Source: an uncultured Verrucomicrobiae bacterium
GTDB taxonomy: Bacteria > Verrucomicrobiota > Verrucomicrobiia > Chthoniobacterales > JAATET01
Direction of reading: 5' to 3'
DNA length: 64,000 bases
Assembly: GCA_963719495.1 (NCBI GenBank)
Contig: CAVRCI010000001.1
Coordinates: 288,001-352,000 of the forward strand
The notes under the pieces are model-generated. The model was not told the DNA's origin. It ran no database searches and saw only the letters and a list, made by a program, of their open reading frames with translations. The translations under genes were made by a program, and so were the position numbers. This document shows, in pieces, positions 48,257 through 58,514 of the stretch (within the stretch, counting starts at the first letter, position 1; every line of letters starts with the position of its first letter).

Positions 48257-48884
48257 CACCTTCAGCCGCACCGGCATCCTCTTCGTCCTCTCCGCCCCCT
48301 CCGGCGCGGGAAAGACCACCCTCACCACCTCGCTCCGGCAGAAGCCCGACTTCGTCTACGCCGTCTCCTGCACCACCCGCCCCCCCCGCCCCGGCGAGAT
48401 CGACGGCGAGGACTACATCTTCATCTCCGAAGACGACTTCGCCACCCGCGTCGCCGCCAACGAATTCCTCGAGCACGCCGAAGTCCACGGCCGCCGCTAC
48501 GGCACGCTCAAAGAAACCGTCCTCACCCAGCTCCGCGCAGGCGTCGACGTCCTCATCGACATCGACACCACCGGAGCCGCCAACATCCGCGCCTGCGACG
48601 ACCCCATCATCCGCGACGCCCTCGCCGACATCTTCATCATGCCCCCCAGCCTCGACGAGCTCCGCCGCCGCCTCACCAAGCGCGGCACCGAGACCGAAGA
48701 CCAGATCGAAGTCCGCATCGCCAACGCCGCGTCCGAAATGCGGCACTGGCGCAGTTACCGCTACACCCTCATCAGCGAATCCATGGAAGAGGATATCCAA
48801 AAATTCCGAGCCGTCATGCGAGCCGAACGCTACCTCAGCCACCGCCTCGCCGAGGTCCCCGCCATCCACCCGGCCGCCCCATGA
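48246..48884 (+). CDS. gmk: Guanylate kinase
   Basis: SAPSGAGKTT, SCTTRPPRPGEIDGEDY, YGT. Confidence 0.95.
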   Translation: MLNSTFSRTGILFVLSAPSGAGKTTLTTSLRQKPDFVYAVSCTTRPPRPGEIDGEDYIFISEDDFATRVAANEFLEHAEVHGRRYGTLKETVLTQLRAGVDVLIDIDTTGAANIRACDDPIIRDALADIFIMPPSLDELRRRLTKRGTETEDQIEVRIANAASEMRHWRSYRYTLISESMEEDIQKFRAVMRAERYLSHRLAEVPAIHPAAP

Positions 48885-49456
48885 CCCCAATCCGCAATCC
48901 GAAATCCGCAATCCGCAATTCCCCCACGATCCTCCTGGGAATCAGCGGCTCCATCGCCGCCACCAAGTCGCCCGACCTCGCCAGCCGCCTCCGAAAAAAC
49001 GGTTTCGACGTCCACGCCATTCTCACCACCGCCGCCGCCGAATTCGTCACCCCCCTCGCGCTCCAGACCCTCACCCGCAACCCCGTCACCACCGGCATCT
49101 TCGACGAGAAGCAATCCTGGCACCCCGGCCACATCCACCTCGCCGACGTCGCCGACCTCCTCCTCGTCGCCCCCGCCACGGCCAACGTCATCGCCAAGCT
49201 CGCCCACGGCATCGCCGACGACGCCCTCACCTCCATTGCCCTCGCCACCGAAGCACCCCTCGTCATCGCCCCCGCCATGAACGGCAAAATGTGGCAGCAC
49301 CCCGCCACCCAGCAAAACGTCGCCACCCTCACCCAGCGAGGGGCCACCTTCATCGGCCCGGAATCCGGAATGCTGGCCTGCGGCTACGAAGGGCTGGGCC
49401 GCCTCTGGCCAGTGGAAGAGATCGTAGAAACAGTAAGAGCGCTCCTGGTCGGCTAG
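48881..49456 (+). CDS. coaC: Phosphopantothenoylcysteine decarboxylase (standalone CoaC domain)
   Basis: GISGSIAA, HIHLA, APATAN, APAMNGKMW, LACGYEGLGR; no CoaB domain. Confidence 0.88.
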   Translation: MTPIRNPKSAIRNSPTILLGISGSIAATKSPDLASRLRKNGFDVHAILTTAAAEFVTPLALQTLTRNPVTTGIFDEKQSWHPGHIHLADVADLLLVAPATANVIAKLAHGIADDALTSIALATEAPLVIAPAMNGKMWQHPATQQNVATLTQRGATFIGPESGMLACGYEGLGRLWPVEEIVETVRALLVG

Positions 49457-49527
49457 CGCCCCGTGCCCATCGGCTTCCAGCCGATCACCACCCAAAATCG
49501 GCCCAAGCCGATCAAACCCCTCACCCC

Positions 49528-49926
49528 CTACACCCGGTAAACCGCCCCATCATCGAACACCTTCTCCTCCCTCACCGCCACCACGTTCCCCGCCCGATCC
49601 ATCTCCTGAAAGAAGCAGCTCCGATACCCCACGTGACAAGCCCCACCCGCCTGCTCGATCTCGAATAAAAGCACGTCCGCGTCACAATCCTTGAACCACC
49701 GCACCACCCGCTGCGTGTGGCCGCTCGTCTCCCCCTTGAGCCACAACTTCCCCCGCGACCGGCTCCAGTAGTGCATCGTCCCGGTCTCCAGCGTCTTCTC
49801 CAGCGCCTCCCGGTTCATCCAGGCAAACATCAACACCCGCCCCGCCGGAGCCCCACCGCCCGCACCGGCCTCCTGCGCGATCGCCGGAATCAATCCATCC
49901 GGCCCAAACTTCAGATCCAAATCCAT
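49528..49926 (-). CDS. hisI: Phosphoribosyl-AMP cyclohydrolase
   Basis: YWSRSRGKLWLKGETSGH, DCDAD, ACHVGYRSCF. Confidence 0.95.
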   Translation of the reverse strand: MDLDLKFGPDGLIPAIAQEAGAGGGAPAGRVLMFAWMNREALEKTLETGTMHYWSRSRGKLWLKGETSGHTQRVVRWFKDCDADVLLFEIEQAGGACHVGYRSCFFQEMDRAGNVVAVREEKVFDDGAVYRV

Positions 49927-49990
49927 ACCTGCATCCATCCCACAAAACTCTTCCCTCGGAAAACCGAAAATCCGACACTCCCCGCCTTCC

Positions 49991-51007
49991 ATGAGCGAAA
50001 ACACCTCGCCCCCCGCCTCGCCCCCTGAACCAGCCACCCCGCGCTACCGCCACTTCACCGTCGCGCCGCGCACGATCGATCTCCCCGCCGAAGTCCTCCT
50101 CTCCGCCGTCCCCGCCGACGCCCGCACCCGCCGCGACCCCGGTGGTCCGCTCACCATCCCCTGCGCCGACGTCCTCGCCTCCAACTCGCCCCGAGTCCGC
50201 TCGAGCCGCCTCCGCGAATGGCTCCCCGACTCCATCGCCCCCGACGCCGACCTCCCCGAGTGGCTCCCCCTCCCCACCGCCAAAGTCGCCCTCGCCTACC
50301 GCCCGACCACCGGTCGCGAAGCCCTCCCCACCCCCGCCGAGCCGTTCACCGGGAGCCAATCCGTCCCAGTCGAGAAGCCCGTAACTCCACCGCCGACCCC
50401 GTCCAAACCCGGCTGGAAACGAATTCTCAAACCCGTTCTAGGCCCCTCCGTCGAAGAGCTCGAAGAGCGCCGCCAAGCTCTCCTTCGCCCTCAGCAGGAA
50501 ACCGCCCAGCCTTCCCCGCCCGAAGAAAAGCCCGTCCTCAACCTCCCCCCCAAGCCAATCCCGGCACCGACGCCACCCACCCCCACCCCGACCCCGGCCC
50601 GCACCGACGTGCTCCCCACCTCCGCCGCCCTCCGCGCGATCTTCCACACCGACGAAGACCTCACGCTCCAGAACGTCACCGATCTGGCCGGCTCGCTGGC
50701 CGGGGTCCAGGGTTGCGTCCTCACCGTCGGCGAAGACCTCCGTTTATCCGCCGACATCCCGGAAGGTTTCGACGTCCGCGCGATCCGCGACCAGCTTCTC
50801 AATCTCCTCACCGACGCCCCAAAAAACGTCACGTCCCGAGGCGCCATCCGCACCCCCGCCCTCACCCTCTACTTCGAGCAAGGTCCGATCAGCATCATGC
50901 GCCACGGCAACGCCAGCTTCCTGATCGTCCATCAGGAGCGAACCTTCCTCCCCGGCCTCAGGGAAAAACTCTCCACTGCCCTGGAGTCCCTGAACACCGA
51001 AAAATAA
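49991..51007 (+). CDS. Pro-rich hypothetical protein with a possible C-terminal roadblock-like domain
   Basis: Host-like codon bias; Pro-rich linker; C-terminal LAGVQGCVL... alpha/beta segment. Confidence 0.6.
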   Translation: MSENTSPPASPPEPATPRYRHFTVAPRTIDLPAEVLLSAVPADARTRRDPGGPLTIPCADVLASNSPRVRSSRLREWLPDSIAPDADLPEWLPLPTAKVALAYRPTTGREALPTPAEPFTGSQSVPVEKPVTPPPTPSKPGWKRILKPVLGPSVEELEERRQALLRPQQETAQPSPPEEKPVLNLPPKPIPAPTPPTPTPTPARTDVLPTSAALRAIFHTDEDLTLQNVTDLAGSLAGVQGCVLTVGEDLRLSADIPEGFDVRAIRDQLLNLLTDAPKNVTSRGAIRTPALTLYFEQGPISIMRHGNASFLIVHQERTFLPGLREKLSTALESLNTEK

Positions 51008-51015
51008 GGACACTG

Positions 51016-51239
51016 CAAGGAGCCGCCGGGGAGCGCACGCGTCCCCGCGTGCGAGATGCGGCGTCCCGCCGCATCATTCGGCAAGTCGAGCGAAGCGAGA
51101 GAGCCGAAACTCAAGGAGCGGCAATTTGCAATCGCCGGACCAACCACATTCCGCGCAGCGCAACCAACCCACCCCGGCAACCCGCGCCAGCGGGAGCCGG
51201 TCGCCCTCCACCAGTCACCAGTCACCAGTCACCAATCAC
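51016..51239 (+). repeat. REP-like cluster (families C and B) followed by a CACCAGT heptamer array
   Basis: 51028-51075 family C; 51112-51137 family B; caccagt x3 plus caccaat at 51209-51239. Confidence 0.8.
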
Positions 51240-51257
51240 GGCGTAATCGCCTCTCCC

Positions 51258-52670
51258 CTAAGGCCTCGTCATCGAAGCCGGCTCCACCCACACATCGAAA
51301 TCCTCCGCCGAAACAAACCCGAGCGCCACCGCCGCCTCCTTCAAGCTCGACCGATCCTTGTGCGCCTTCTTCGCGATCTGCGCCGACTTGTCGTAGCCGA
51401 TGTGCGGATTCAGCGCCGTCACCAGCATCAACGAATCCGCCACGTAACCCGCGATCTTCTCGAGATTCGGTTCGATCCCCACCGCGCAATGCCCGGTGAA
51501 CGACCGGCACCCGTCTGCGAGCAGCCGCACCGAATTCAAGAAATTGAAGATGATCACCGGCTTGTAAACGTTCAGCTCAAAATTCCCCTGAGACCCCGCG
51601 ATTCCGATGGCCGCGTCATTCCCCATCACCTGCACCGCCACCATCGTCAGCGACTCGCACTGCGTCGGATTCACCTTCCCCGGCATGATCGAACTCCCCG
51701 GCTCGTTCTCTGGAATCGTCAACTCGCCCAATCCACACCGCGGCCCGCTCGCCAGCCACCGCACGTCATTCGCGACCTTCATCGCCGTGCAAGCCAGTGA
51801 TTTCAACGCCCCACTCGCAAAAACGAACTCACTGTGCGCCGAAAGCGCCGTGAATTTATTCGGCGCGGACGTGAACGGCATCCCGGTCAGCTCCGCGATC
51901 TTCGCCGCCGTCCGCTCCGCGAATTCCGGGTGGGAATTCAGCCCCGTCCCCACCGCCGTCCCGCCGATCGCCAGCGCGCACAACCCGGGCAGCCCCGCCT
52001 CGATCCGCGCCAGATCGTCGTCCAACGCCTGCACGTAACCCGAAAACTCCTGCCCCAGCGTCAGCGGCGTCGCGTCCTGCAAATGGGTCCGCCCGATTTT
52101 CACCACGTCGGCGAACGCCTCCGCCTTCGCCGCCAGCACGTCCCGCAACCCCCGCACCGCCGGCAGCAACCGCTCCCGCACCACCGTCGCCGCCGCGATG
52201 CTCATCGCCGTCGGAAACGTGTCGTTCGAGCTCTGCGACATGTTCACGTGATCGTTCGGATGCACCGGCTGCTTGCTGCCCATTTCTCCCCCCGCCAGCT
52301 CGATCGCCCGGTTCGAGATCACCTCGTTCGCGTTCATGTTGCTCTGCGTCCCGCTCCCCGTCTGCCAGATCCGAAGTGGAAAATGATCGTCCAGCGACCC
52401 GGCGATCACCTCGTCCGCCGCCCGCACGATCAGTTCGCACTTATCCTTCGGCAGCTTCCCAAGCTCCGCGTTCACCAGCGCGCAAGCCTTCTTGAGCACG
52501 CCCAGAGCCCGGATCAACTCCGGCGGCTTCACGTCGTCCCCGATGTCGAAGTGGATCAGCGACCGCGCCGTCTGCGCCCCGTAATACCGGTCCTTCGCCA
52601 CCGGGATCTCCCCCATGCTGTCACTCTCCAACCGCTGCGAAGCGGGATCAAAATCAAACGTCTCGGTCAT
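51258..52670 (-). CDS. fumC: Class II fumarate hydratase
   Basis: [39 protein letters not shown]. Confidence 0.97.
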   Translation of the reverse strand: MTETFDFDPASQRLESDSMGEIPVAKDRYYGAQTARSLIHFDIGDDVKPPELIRALGVLKKACALVNAELGKLPKDKCELIVRAADEVIAGSLDDHFPLRIWQTGSGTQSNMNANEVISNRAIELAGGEMGSKQPVHPNDHVNMSQSSNDTFPTAMSIAAATVVRERLLPAVRGLRDVLAAKAEAFADVVKIGRTHLQDATPLTLGQEFSGYVQALDDDLARIEAGLPGLCALAIGGTAVGTGLNSHPEFAERTAAKIAELTGMPFTSAPNKFTALSAHSEFVFASGALKSLACTAMKVANDVRWLASGPRCGLGELTIPENEPGSSIMPGKVNPTQCESLTMVAVQVMGNDAAIGIAGSQGNFELNVYKPVIIFNFLNSVRLLADGCRSFTGHCAVGIEPNLEKIAGYVADSLMLVTALNPHIGYDKSAQIAKKAHKDRSSLKEAAVALGFVSAEDFDVWVEPASMTRP

Positions 52671-52889
52671 AGAACAACGAAGTTACGCAGATCCGCCACC
52701 GCAACAAAAGGGGAGAACAGGGTTGCCTTCGGCGGCCTCCGCTATGCTCCGGCTCCAGCCTGTCGCACCGGGCTTCCAGCCCGGTGCTCCTCCCCATGTG
52801 CAAAGCGCCACTTTCCAGAAGTTTCCCACTCGCGAAACAAAAGAAACGAAGCCCCCAAACAATAAATCACCTCCGCCCCACCATTTTCA

Positions 52890-52944
52890 TTGACGTTTCA
52901 CTCCCTTCGGTGGGACAAAGTGGGGTGAAGTGGGAGTCAGTGGT
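52890..52944 (+). promoter_or_regulatory. dcw promoter region with MraZ-binding GTGGG boxes
   Basis: TTGACG at 52890; GTGGG at 52910, 52920, 52930 and GTGGT at 52940, on an exact 10-bp period, matching known MraZ operators. Confidence 0.8.
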
Positions 52945-52968
52945 ATGTAGACCCTAGGAAACAACGAA

Positions 52969-53427
52969 ATGGCCGAGGAATCAACAGTCGGAAAACTTTT
53001 CGCGGGAACCTTCCCGCGAACGATGGACGCGAAGAATCGCGTCTCGCTTCCGTCTGAATGGAAGATTGCCGCCGACGACTCCCTCTACGTCGTCCCCTCC
53101 CTCGATCAGGAATACCTCGCGGCCATGACCCCCGCGATTTTCGCGTCCAAGCAGACCGAGATCCGCGCCAAAGTCCCCGACGACGACTGGCCCGAAATCC
53201 GCCGCTCCGTTTTCGGCGGAGCCCGTCTCATCAAGGCCGACAAACAGGGCCGCATCCTCGTTCCCGACGACCTCTGCAAAGTCGCCGGCATCTCCGGCAA
53301 CGCCACCCTGCTCATCGGCGTCATCGACAACTTCGAAATCTGGGAGCCAACCAAACGCGCCGCCCCCGCAACGAAGGACACGCTCTCCGACGTCGCCCGC
53401 AAGGCCGTCCGAAACATCGGATTCTAG
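52969..53427 (+). CDS. mraZ: Division/cell wall cluster transcriptional repressor
   Basis: DAKNRVSLP, DKQGRILVP, FEIW. Confidence 0.92.
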   Translation: MAEESTVGKLFAGTFPRTMDAKNRVSLPSEWKIAADDSLYVVPSLDQEYLAAMTPAIFASKQTEIRAKVPDDDWPEIRRSVFGGARLIKADKQGRILVPDDLCKVAGISGNATLLIGVIDNFEIWEPTKRAAPATKDTLSDVARKAVRNIGF

Positions 53428-53682
53428 CCCCGCCAACTCACCCAATTTTTCAACCCAACACCACACGCCAACCCAAACGGAGGAACCACGAATCGAATGA
53501 AAGGACACGCCGGATGAAATCCACCGGGCACCGCTACCTCGTCGGCTTCAATCCCGCGAAGGACGGGCAACCCGCCGGCGCCATCGTCATTAAATTCAAA
53601 CCTCGCAACGCGTATGAACTGCTTGGACTTCGAAGACCACCTCGACTTGCTCCTGGAAAATTCTGAGCCCGCACCCGGCTCC

Positions 53683-54597
53683 ATGGATTACCACGTTCCC
53701 GTCCTCGCCGACGAAGTCATCACCTTCCTGCGCCCCACCCACGGCGCCACCTTCCTCGACGGCACCCTCGGCGGCGGCGGCCACACCGCCCGTCTACTCG
53801 AAGCCGGCGCCCACGTCGTCGCCCTCGACCGCGACCCCGACGCCCTCGCCTACGCCGGCAACCGACTCGCCCCCTTCGCCGACCGCCTCTCGCTCGTCCA
53901 GTCCAACTACGCCGACGCCGACCGCGCCCTCGACTCCGTCGGCGTCGATCACCTCGACGGAGCCCTCATCGACATCGGCGTCTCGTCCCACCAACTCGAC
54001 GAAGCCACCCGGGGCTTCTCCCTCATGCACGACGGCCCACTCGACATGCGCATGGGCCCCGACGCCACCCAATCCGCCGCCGACCTCGTCAACCACGCCC
54101 CCGCCGAAGAGCTCATCCGAATCTTCCGCGAATACGGCGAGGAAAAATCCGCCAGCCGCATCGCCGCCCACCTGGTCCGCGTCCGCGCCGACCAACCGAT
54201 CACGACGACAGGCCAACTCGCCGACGCCATCTCGCAGATCATCCCCCGCTTCGGCAAACGCCACCCTGCCACCCGAGTCTTCCAAGCCCTCCGCATCGCC
54301 ATCAACGACGAACTCGGCTCCCTCGAACGCGGCCTCGACACCATCACCGACCGACTCGCTCCCGGAGCCCGCTTCGCCGTCATCAGTTTCCATTCCCTCG
54401 AAGACCGCATCGTCAAAAAATACTTCAAACACCGCAGCAACGCCTGGATCGACCGCCCCGAGTGGCCCGAACCCCGCCGCAACCCCGACCGCGCCTTCCG
54501 CCTCCTCACCCCCCACCCCATCGACCCGGGCCCGGAGGAAGTCACCGAAAACCCCCGCTCCCGCAGCGCCAAACTCCGCATCGTCGAACGAATCTAA
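53683..54597 (+). CDS. rsmH: 16S rRNA m4C1402 methyltransferase
   Basis: HVPVL, DGTLGGGGH, DIGVSSHQLD, PLDMRM, FHSLEDR, NPRSRSAKLR; alternative start 53614. Confidence 0.96.
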   Translation: MDYHVPVLADEVITFLRPTHGATFLDGTLGGGGHTARLLEAGAHVVALDRDPDALAYAGNRLAPFADRLSLVQSNYADADRALDSVGVDHLDGALIDIGVSSHQLDEATRGFSLMHDGPLDMRMGPDATQSAADLVNHAPAEELIRIFREYGEEKSASRIAAHLVRVRADQPITTTGQLADAISQIIPRFGKRHPATRVFQALRIAINDELGSLERGLDTITDRLAPGARFAVISFHSLEDRIVKKYFKHRSNAWIDRPEWPEPRRNPDRAFRLLTPHPIDPGPEEVTENPRSRSAKLRIVERI

Positions 54598-54665
54598 AAC
54601 CCACCACCGCAGCCCGCCACCAGCCATCAACTTAAGACTTAATTCTTAAAAACTTAAAACTGACC

Positions 54666-55031
54666 ATGAACACCCGCCGCCGCCCCAACAACACCGTCCA
54701 GCTCCCGAAGATCTTCCTCGTCGTCCTCCTCGCCCTCACCGCGGGCGGAGCCGGCCTCTGCTACCTCACGCTCAAAAATACCCAGCACGCCCTCGGTGAC
54801 CGCGTTCGCCAAACCGAGCGCGAACTCCGCGAGCTCCGCTCCCGCAACCAGGACTTCCAGAGCCGCATCGCCCGCCTGTCCTCGCGCATGGCCCTGCGCA
54901 GCGCCGTCGAAAACGACCTCGTCGCGCTCATCCCCGTCCAGGCCACCGCCATCGCCCGCCTCGTTCCCGCCACGGTCGCCAGCTCCGACGACGTCCTCCG
55001 CACCGCCGCCAACCAATTCCAGCGCCCGTGA
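54666..55031 (+). CDS. ftsL: FtsL-like cell division protein
   Basis: Single TM followed by coiled coil; position between rsmH and ftsI. Confidence 0.65.
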   Translation: MNTRRRPNNTVQLPKIFLVVLLALTAGGAGLCYLTLKNTQHALGDRVRQTERELRELRSRNQDFQSRIARLSSRMALRSAVENDLVALIPVQATAIARLVPATVASSDDVLRTAANQFQRP

Positions 55032-56776
55032 GGTGGACCGCCCGAACCCGCATCACCGTTGCTAGCATCGTCCTCGCGACGATCTTTACCGGCTTCTCGG
55101 TTCGGCTCATCTACCTCGGCGTTACCAAACACGCCGAATTCGCCGAACTCGCCGCCCGCAAGAATTCGATCCGCCAGACGATCTACGCGGCTCGCGGCCT
55201 CATCTACGATCGCAACGGCGAAGCCCTCACCGAGAACGCCCCCATCCGCACCGCCTTCGCCGACGGCTCCCACATCAAGGACCCCGGCCTCCTCGCCGCC
55301 GCCGCCGCACCCTTCCTCCGCATCGACGAACTCGAGCTCCGCGCCATCCTCACCAAGGCCGTCGAGACCGACGACAAATACGAAATCCTCGCCCGCGGCC
55401 TCCCCGCCGAGAACGCCATCGACCTCCAGAAATTCATGGGGGAACAAGGCCTCCGCGGCATCTACTTCGAGCACGACTCCGAGCGCATCCACCCCAATGG
55501 CTCCATGCTCAGCCACGTCCTCGGATTCACCAACCACGAGCGCATCGGCGTCCAGGGCATCGAAGCCTCGATGGACGAATTCCTCCAGGGCCAGAATGGC
55601 TTCCGCCACATCGAACGCGACCGCACCGGCAAGGAAATCGTCGTCTACCGCGGCCAGGAACGCGCCCCCCGCGACGGTATGAACGTCAGCCTCACCATCG
55701 ACATGGGCATCCAATCCATCGTCGAGGACGAACTCGACGCCGCCTTTGCGGAACTCCGCCCCGAGAAAGCCATCGCCGTCCTCGTCGACCCAAAAACGGG
55801 CGAGGTCCTTGCCATGGCCAACCGCCCCGCCTTCGACCCCGACGACATCGGCTCCGCCGACCCGACCGCGATGAAAAATCGCGCCATCATCGATCAGGTC
55901 GAACCCGGCTCCGTCTTCAAGATCGTTCCCGCCGGCGGCGCGCTCAACGAAGGCATCGTCAACAGCGAGACCACGATCTACTGCGAAAGCGGCCGCTTCG
56001 CCTACGGCGGAAAAATCCTCCGCGACCACCACGGCTACGGGAACCTCAACGTCCACGACATCATCAAGAAGTCGTCGAACATCGGCTGCGCCAAACTCGC
56101 CCTCCGCATGGGCGACAATCTCTTCTACGAATACGCCAAGCGCTTCGGCTTCGGCGAACGCACCGGCATCGAACTCCCCGGCGAGATCTCCGGCACCGTC
56201 CACCCGCCCGCCAATTGGGACGCCCTCACCATCACCCGCATGCCCATGGGCCACGCCGTCGCCGTCACCCCCCTCCAAATGGTCATGGCCATGGCCGTCG
56301 TCGCCAACGGCGGCAACCTCATGGCCCCCCGCGTCGTCAAATCCGTCTCCGACAGCCAGGGCAAAGTCATCCGCGAGTTCGCCCCCAACGTCGTCCGCAA
56401 CGTCCTCAACCCCGAGACCGCGTACCTCCTCAACGACGCCCTCGCCTCCGTCGTCGGCCCCGGCGGCACCGCCCAACTCGCCGCCGTCCCCGGATTCACC
56501 GTCGCGGGCAAAACCGGCACCGCGCAGAAGGTCGCCGACACCGGCGGTTACGCCGACGGCAAATACGTCGTCTCCTTCGTCGGCTACCTCCCCGCCGAAG
56601 ACCCCGCCTTCGTCTGCATCGTCATGATCGACAACCCCGACATCCCCGCCCACCTCAACTACGGAGGCCTCGTAGCCGCCCCCATCTTCTCGAGAATCTC
56701 CGAAAGAACCGCCCGCCAAATGGATCTAAAACCAGTCATGCGAGCCGAAGCCGTGGTCGCCACCAGCAAACGATGA
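55028..56776 (+). CDS. ftsI: Class B penicillin-binding protein (FtsI/PBP3)
   Basis: RGLIYDRNG, EPGSVFK (SxxK), SSN (SxN), KTGT. Confidence 0.93.
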   Translation: MRWTARTRITVASIVLATIFTGFSVRLIYLGVTKHAEFAELAARKNSIRQTIYAARGLIYDRNGEALTENAPIRTAFADGSHIKDPGLLAAAAAPFLRIDELELRAILTKAVETDDKYEILARGLPAENAIDLQKFMGEQGLRGIYFEHDSERIHPNGSMLSHVLGFTNHERIGVQGIEASMDEFLQGQNGFRHIERDRTGKEIVVYRGQERAPRDGMNVSLTIDMGIQSIVEDELDAAFAELRPEKAIAVLVDPKTGEVLAMANRPAFDPDDIGSADPTAMKNRAIIDQVEPGSVFKIVPAGGALNEGIVNSETTIYCESGRFAYGGKILRDHHGYGNLNVHDIIKKSSNIGCAKLALRMGDNLFYEYAKRFGFGERTGIELPGEISGTVHPPANWDALTITRMPMGHAVAVTPLQMVMAMAVVANGGNLMAPRVVKSVSDSQGKVIREFAPNVVRNVLNPETAYLLNDALASVVGPGGTAQLAAVPGFTVAGKTGTAQKVADTGGYADGKYVVSFVGYLPAEDPAFVCIVMIDNPDIPAHLNYGGLVAAPIFSRISERTARQMDLKPVMRAEAVVATSKR

Positions 56777-56894
56777 AACAAACCGGCGAGCGCAGCGAGC
56801 GAGGGGACCGCGAGCTTCCAGCTCGCTCAAGCTGGCTTCCAGCCAGCTTGCTCCAACCCAAAAACGAGCGAAGCGAGTTCAAACCAACCTACCA

Positions 56895-58412
56895 GTGACC
56901 ACCGACCTAAAAAAACTCCTGGTAAAGAGCAACATCCACCCCCCCGCGGATGCGGGAAACCGCGTCGTCACCTCCCTCGCCTACGACTCCCGCCAGGTCA
57001 CCCCCGGTGCCCTTTTCTTCGCCCTCTCCGGCGAGCACACCACCGGCGCCACCCACGCCCAGCAAGCCGCCGCCAACGGAGCCACCGCCATCGTCTCCGA
57101 GATCGACCTCCCCGACCTCGCCTCCGACAGCTCCCAAGTCCCCCCAGTCCCGGTCGCCCGCGTCCCCGACGCCCGAGCCGCCATGGCCGACGTCGCGAAA
57201 GTCTACCACGACAACCCCGCCGCCCACCTCAAAGCCATCGGCATCACCGGCACGAACGGCAAGACCACCACCGCCTTCCTCGTCAAACACATCTGCGACA
57301 CCGTCCTCCACCGTTGCGGCCTCATCGGCACGGTCCGCACCGTCGCCGGCGACCGCACCTTCGACTCCGTCCGCACCACCCCCGAGTCCCCCGACGTCCA
57401 GAGCCTCCTCGCCGAGATGGTCGACGCCGGCTCCCGCGCCGTCGCCATGGAGGTCTCCTCCCACGCCCTCGTCCAGCACCGCGTCCGCGGCATCGACTGG
57501 GACGCCGCCATTTTCACGAATCTCACCCAGGACCACCTCGACTACCACAAGTCGATGGACCGCTACTTCGACGCCAAAGCCTCCCTCTTCGAAAACGTCT
57601 ACGCGCAAACCGCCAAACGCGGAAAGTCGATCATCAACGCCGACGACCGCTACGGCCGCTTCCTCATCGAGCGCCTCCCGAAAAACGCCAAACCCTTCAC
57701 CTACGGCCTCGGCGTCCACCCGCAGTATCGCGCCTCCAACGTCCGCATCGACTTCACCGGCACCCAGTATCAGCTCACCGCCCGCAACCGCGAATACCTC
57801 GTCCGCACCCCGCTCATCGGGATGTTCAACGTCTACAACACCCTCGCCGCCCTCACCGCCTGCGCCGCCATCGGCATCGAAATCCGCAAGGCCGTCGCCG
57901 CCCTCGCCACCGCTCCGCAAATCCCCGGCCGCCTCGAGCGAGTCCCCGCCAAACGCAATTTCCACATCTTCGTCGACTACGCCCACACCGACGACGCCCT
58001 CACCAACGTCCTCCGCACCCTCCGCGACCTCCAACCCCACCGCCTCATCTGCGTCTTCGGCTGCGGCGGCGACCGCGACCGAAAAAAGCGTCCCCTCATG
58101 GGCAAAGCCGTCGCCCAACTCGCCGACTACGCCATCGTAACCTCCGACAACCCCCGGAGCGAAGATCCCGACCGCATCCTCCGCGACATCGTCCACGGCA
58201 TGCGCGACACCGGCCACGAAACCATCGTCGACCGCAAAGAAGCCATTTACCGCGCGGTCGAGCTAGCCAGCCAGGGCGACATCATCCTCATCGCCGGCAA
58301 AGGCCACGAAACCTACCAGGAATTCGCCAACAACCGCCGAATCGACTTCGACGACATCTCCGTCGCCCGCAACGCCATCCAAGCCAAACCCACCATCAAA
58401 GAAGAACTCTAA
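56895..58412 (+). CDS. murE: UDP-MurNAc-Ala-Glu--diaminopimelate ligase
   Basis: GTNGKTT, MEVSSH, DHLDYH, DYAHT, DNPR (DAP-specific), AGKGHE. Confidence 0.96.
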   Translation: MTTDLKKLLVKSNIHPPADAGNRVVTSLAYDSRQVTPGALFFALSGEHTTGATHAQQAAANGATAIVSEIDLPDLASDSSQVPPVPVARVPDARAAMADVAKVYHDNPAAHLKAIGITGTNGKTTTAFLVKHICDTVLHRCGLIGTVRTVAGDRTFDSVRTTPESPDVQSLLAEMVDAGSRAVAMEVSSHALVQHRVRGIDWDAAIFTNLTQDHLDYHKSMDRYFDAKASLFENVYAQTAKRGKSIINADDRYGRFLIERLPKNAKPFTYGLGVHPQYRASNVRIDFTGTQYQLTARNREYLVRTPLIGMFNVYNTLAALTACAAIGIEIRKAVAALATAPQIPGRLERVPAKRNFHIFVDYAHTDDALTNVLRTLRDLQPHRLICVFGCGGDRDRKKRPLMGKAVAQLADYAIVTSDNPRSEDPDRILRDIVHGMRDTGHETIVDRKEAIYRAVELASQGDIILIAGKGHETYQEFANNRRIDFDDISVARNAIQAKPTIKEEL

Positions 58413-58514
58413 GAAAAAGCAAACGGAGTGGGGACGTCTCGTCCCCGACCCCGGCAATGCGAAGCGAGCCGAAGAAACCCCACCAGTCACGAATCACCAA
58501 TCACGCGCCGAGAA

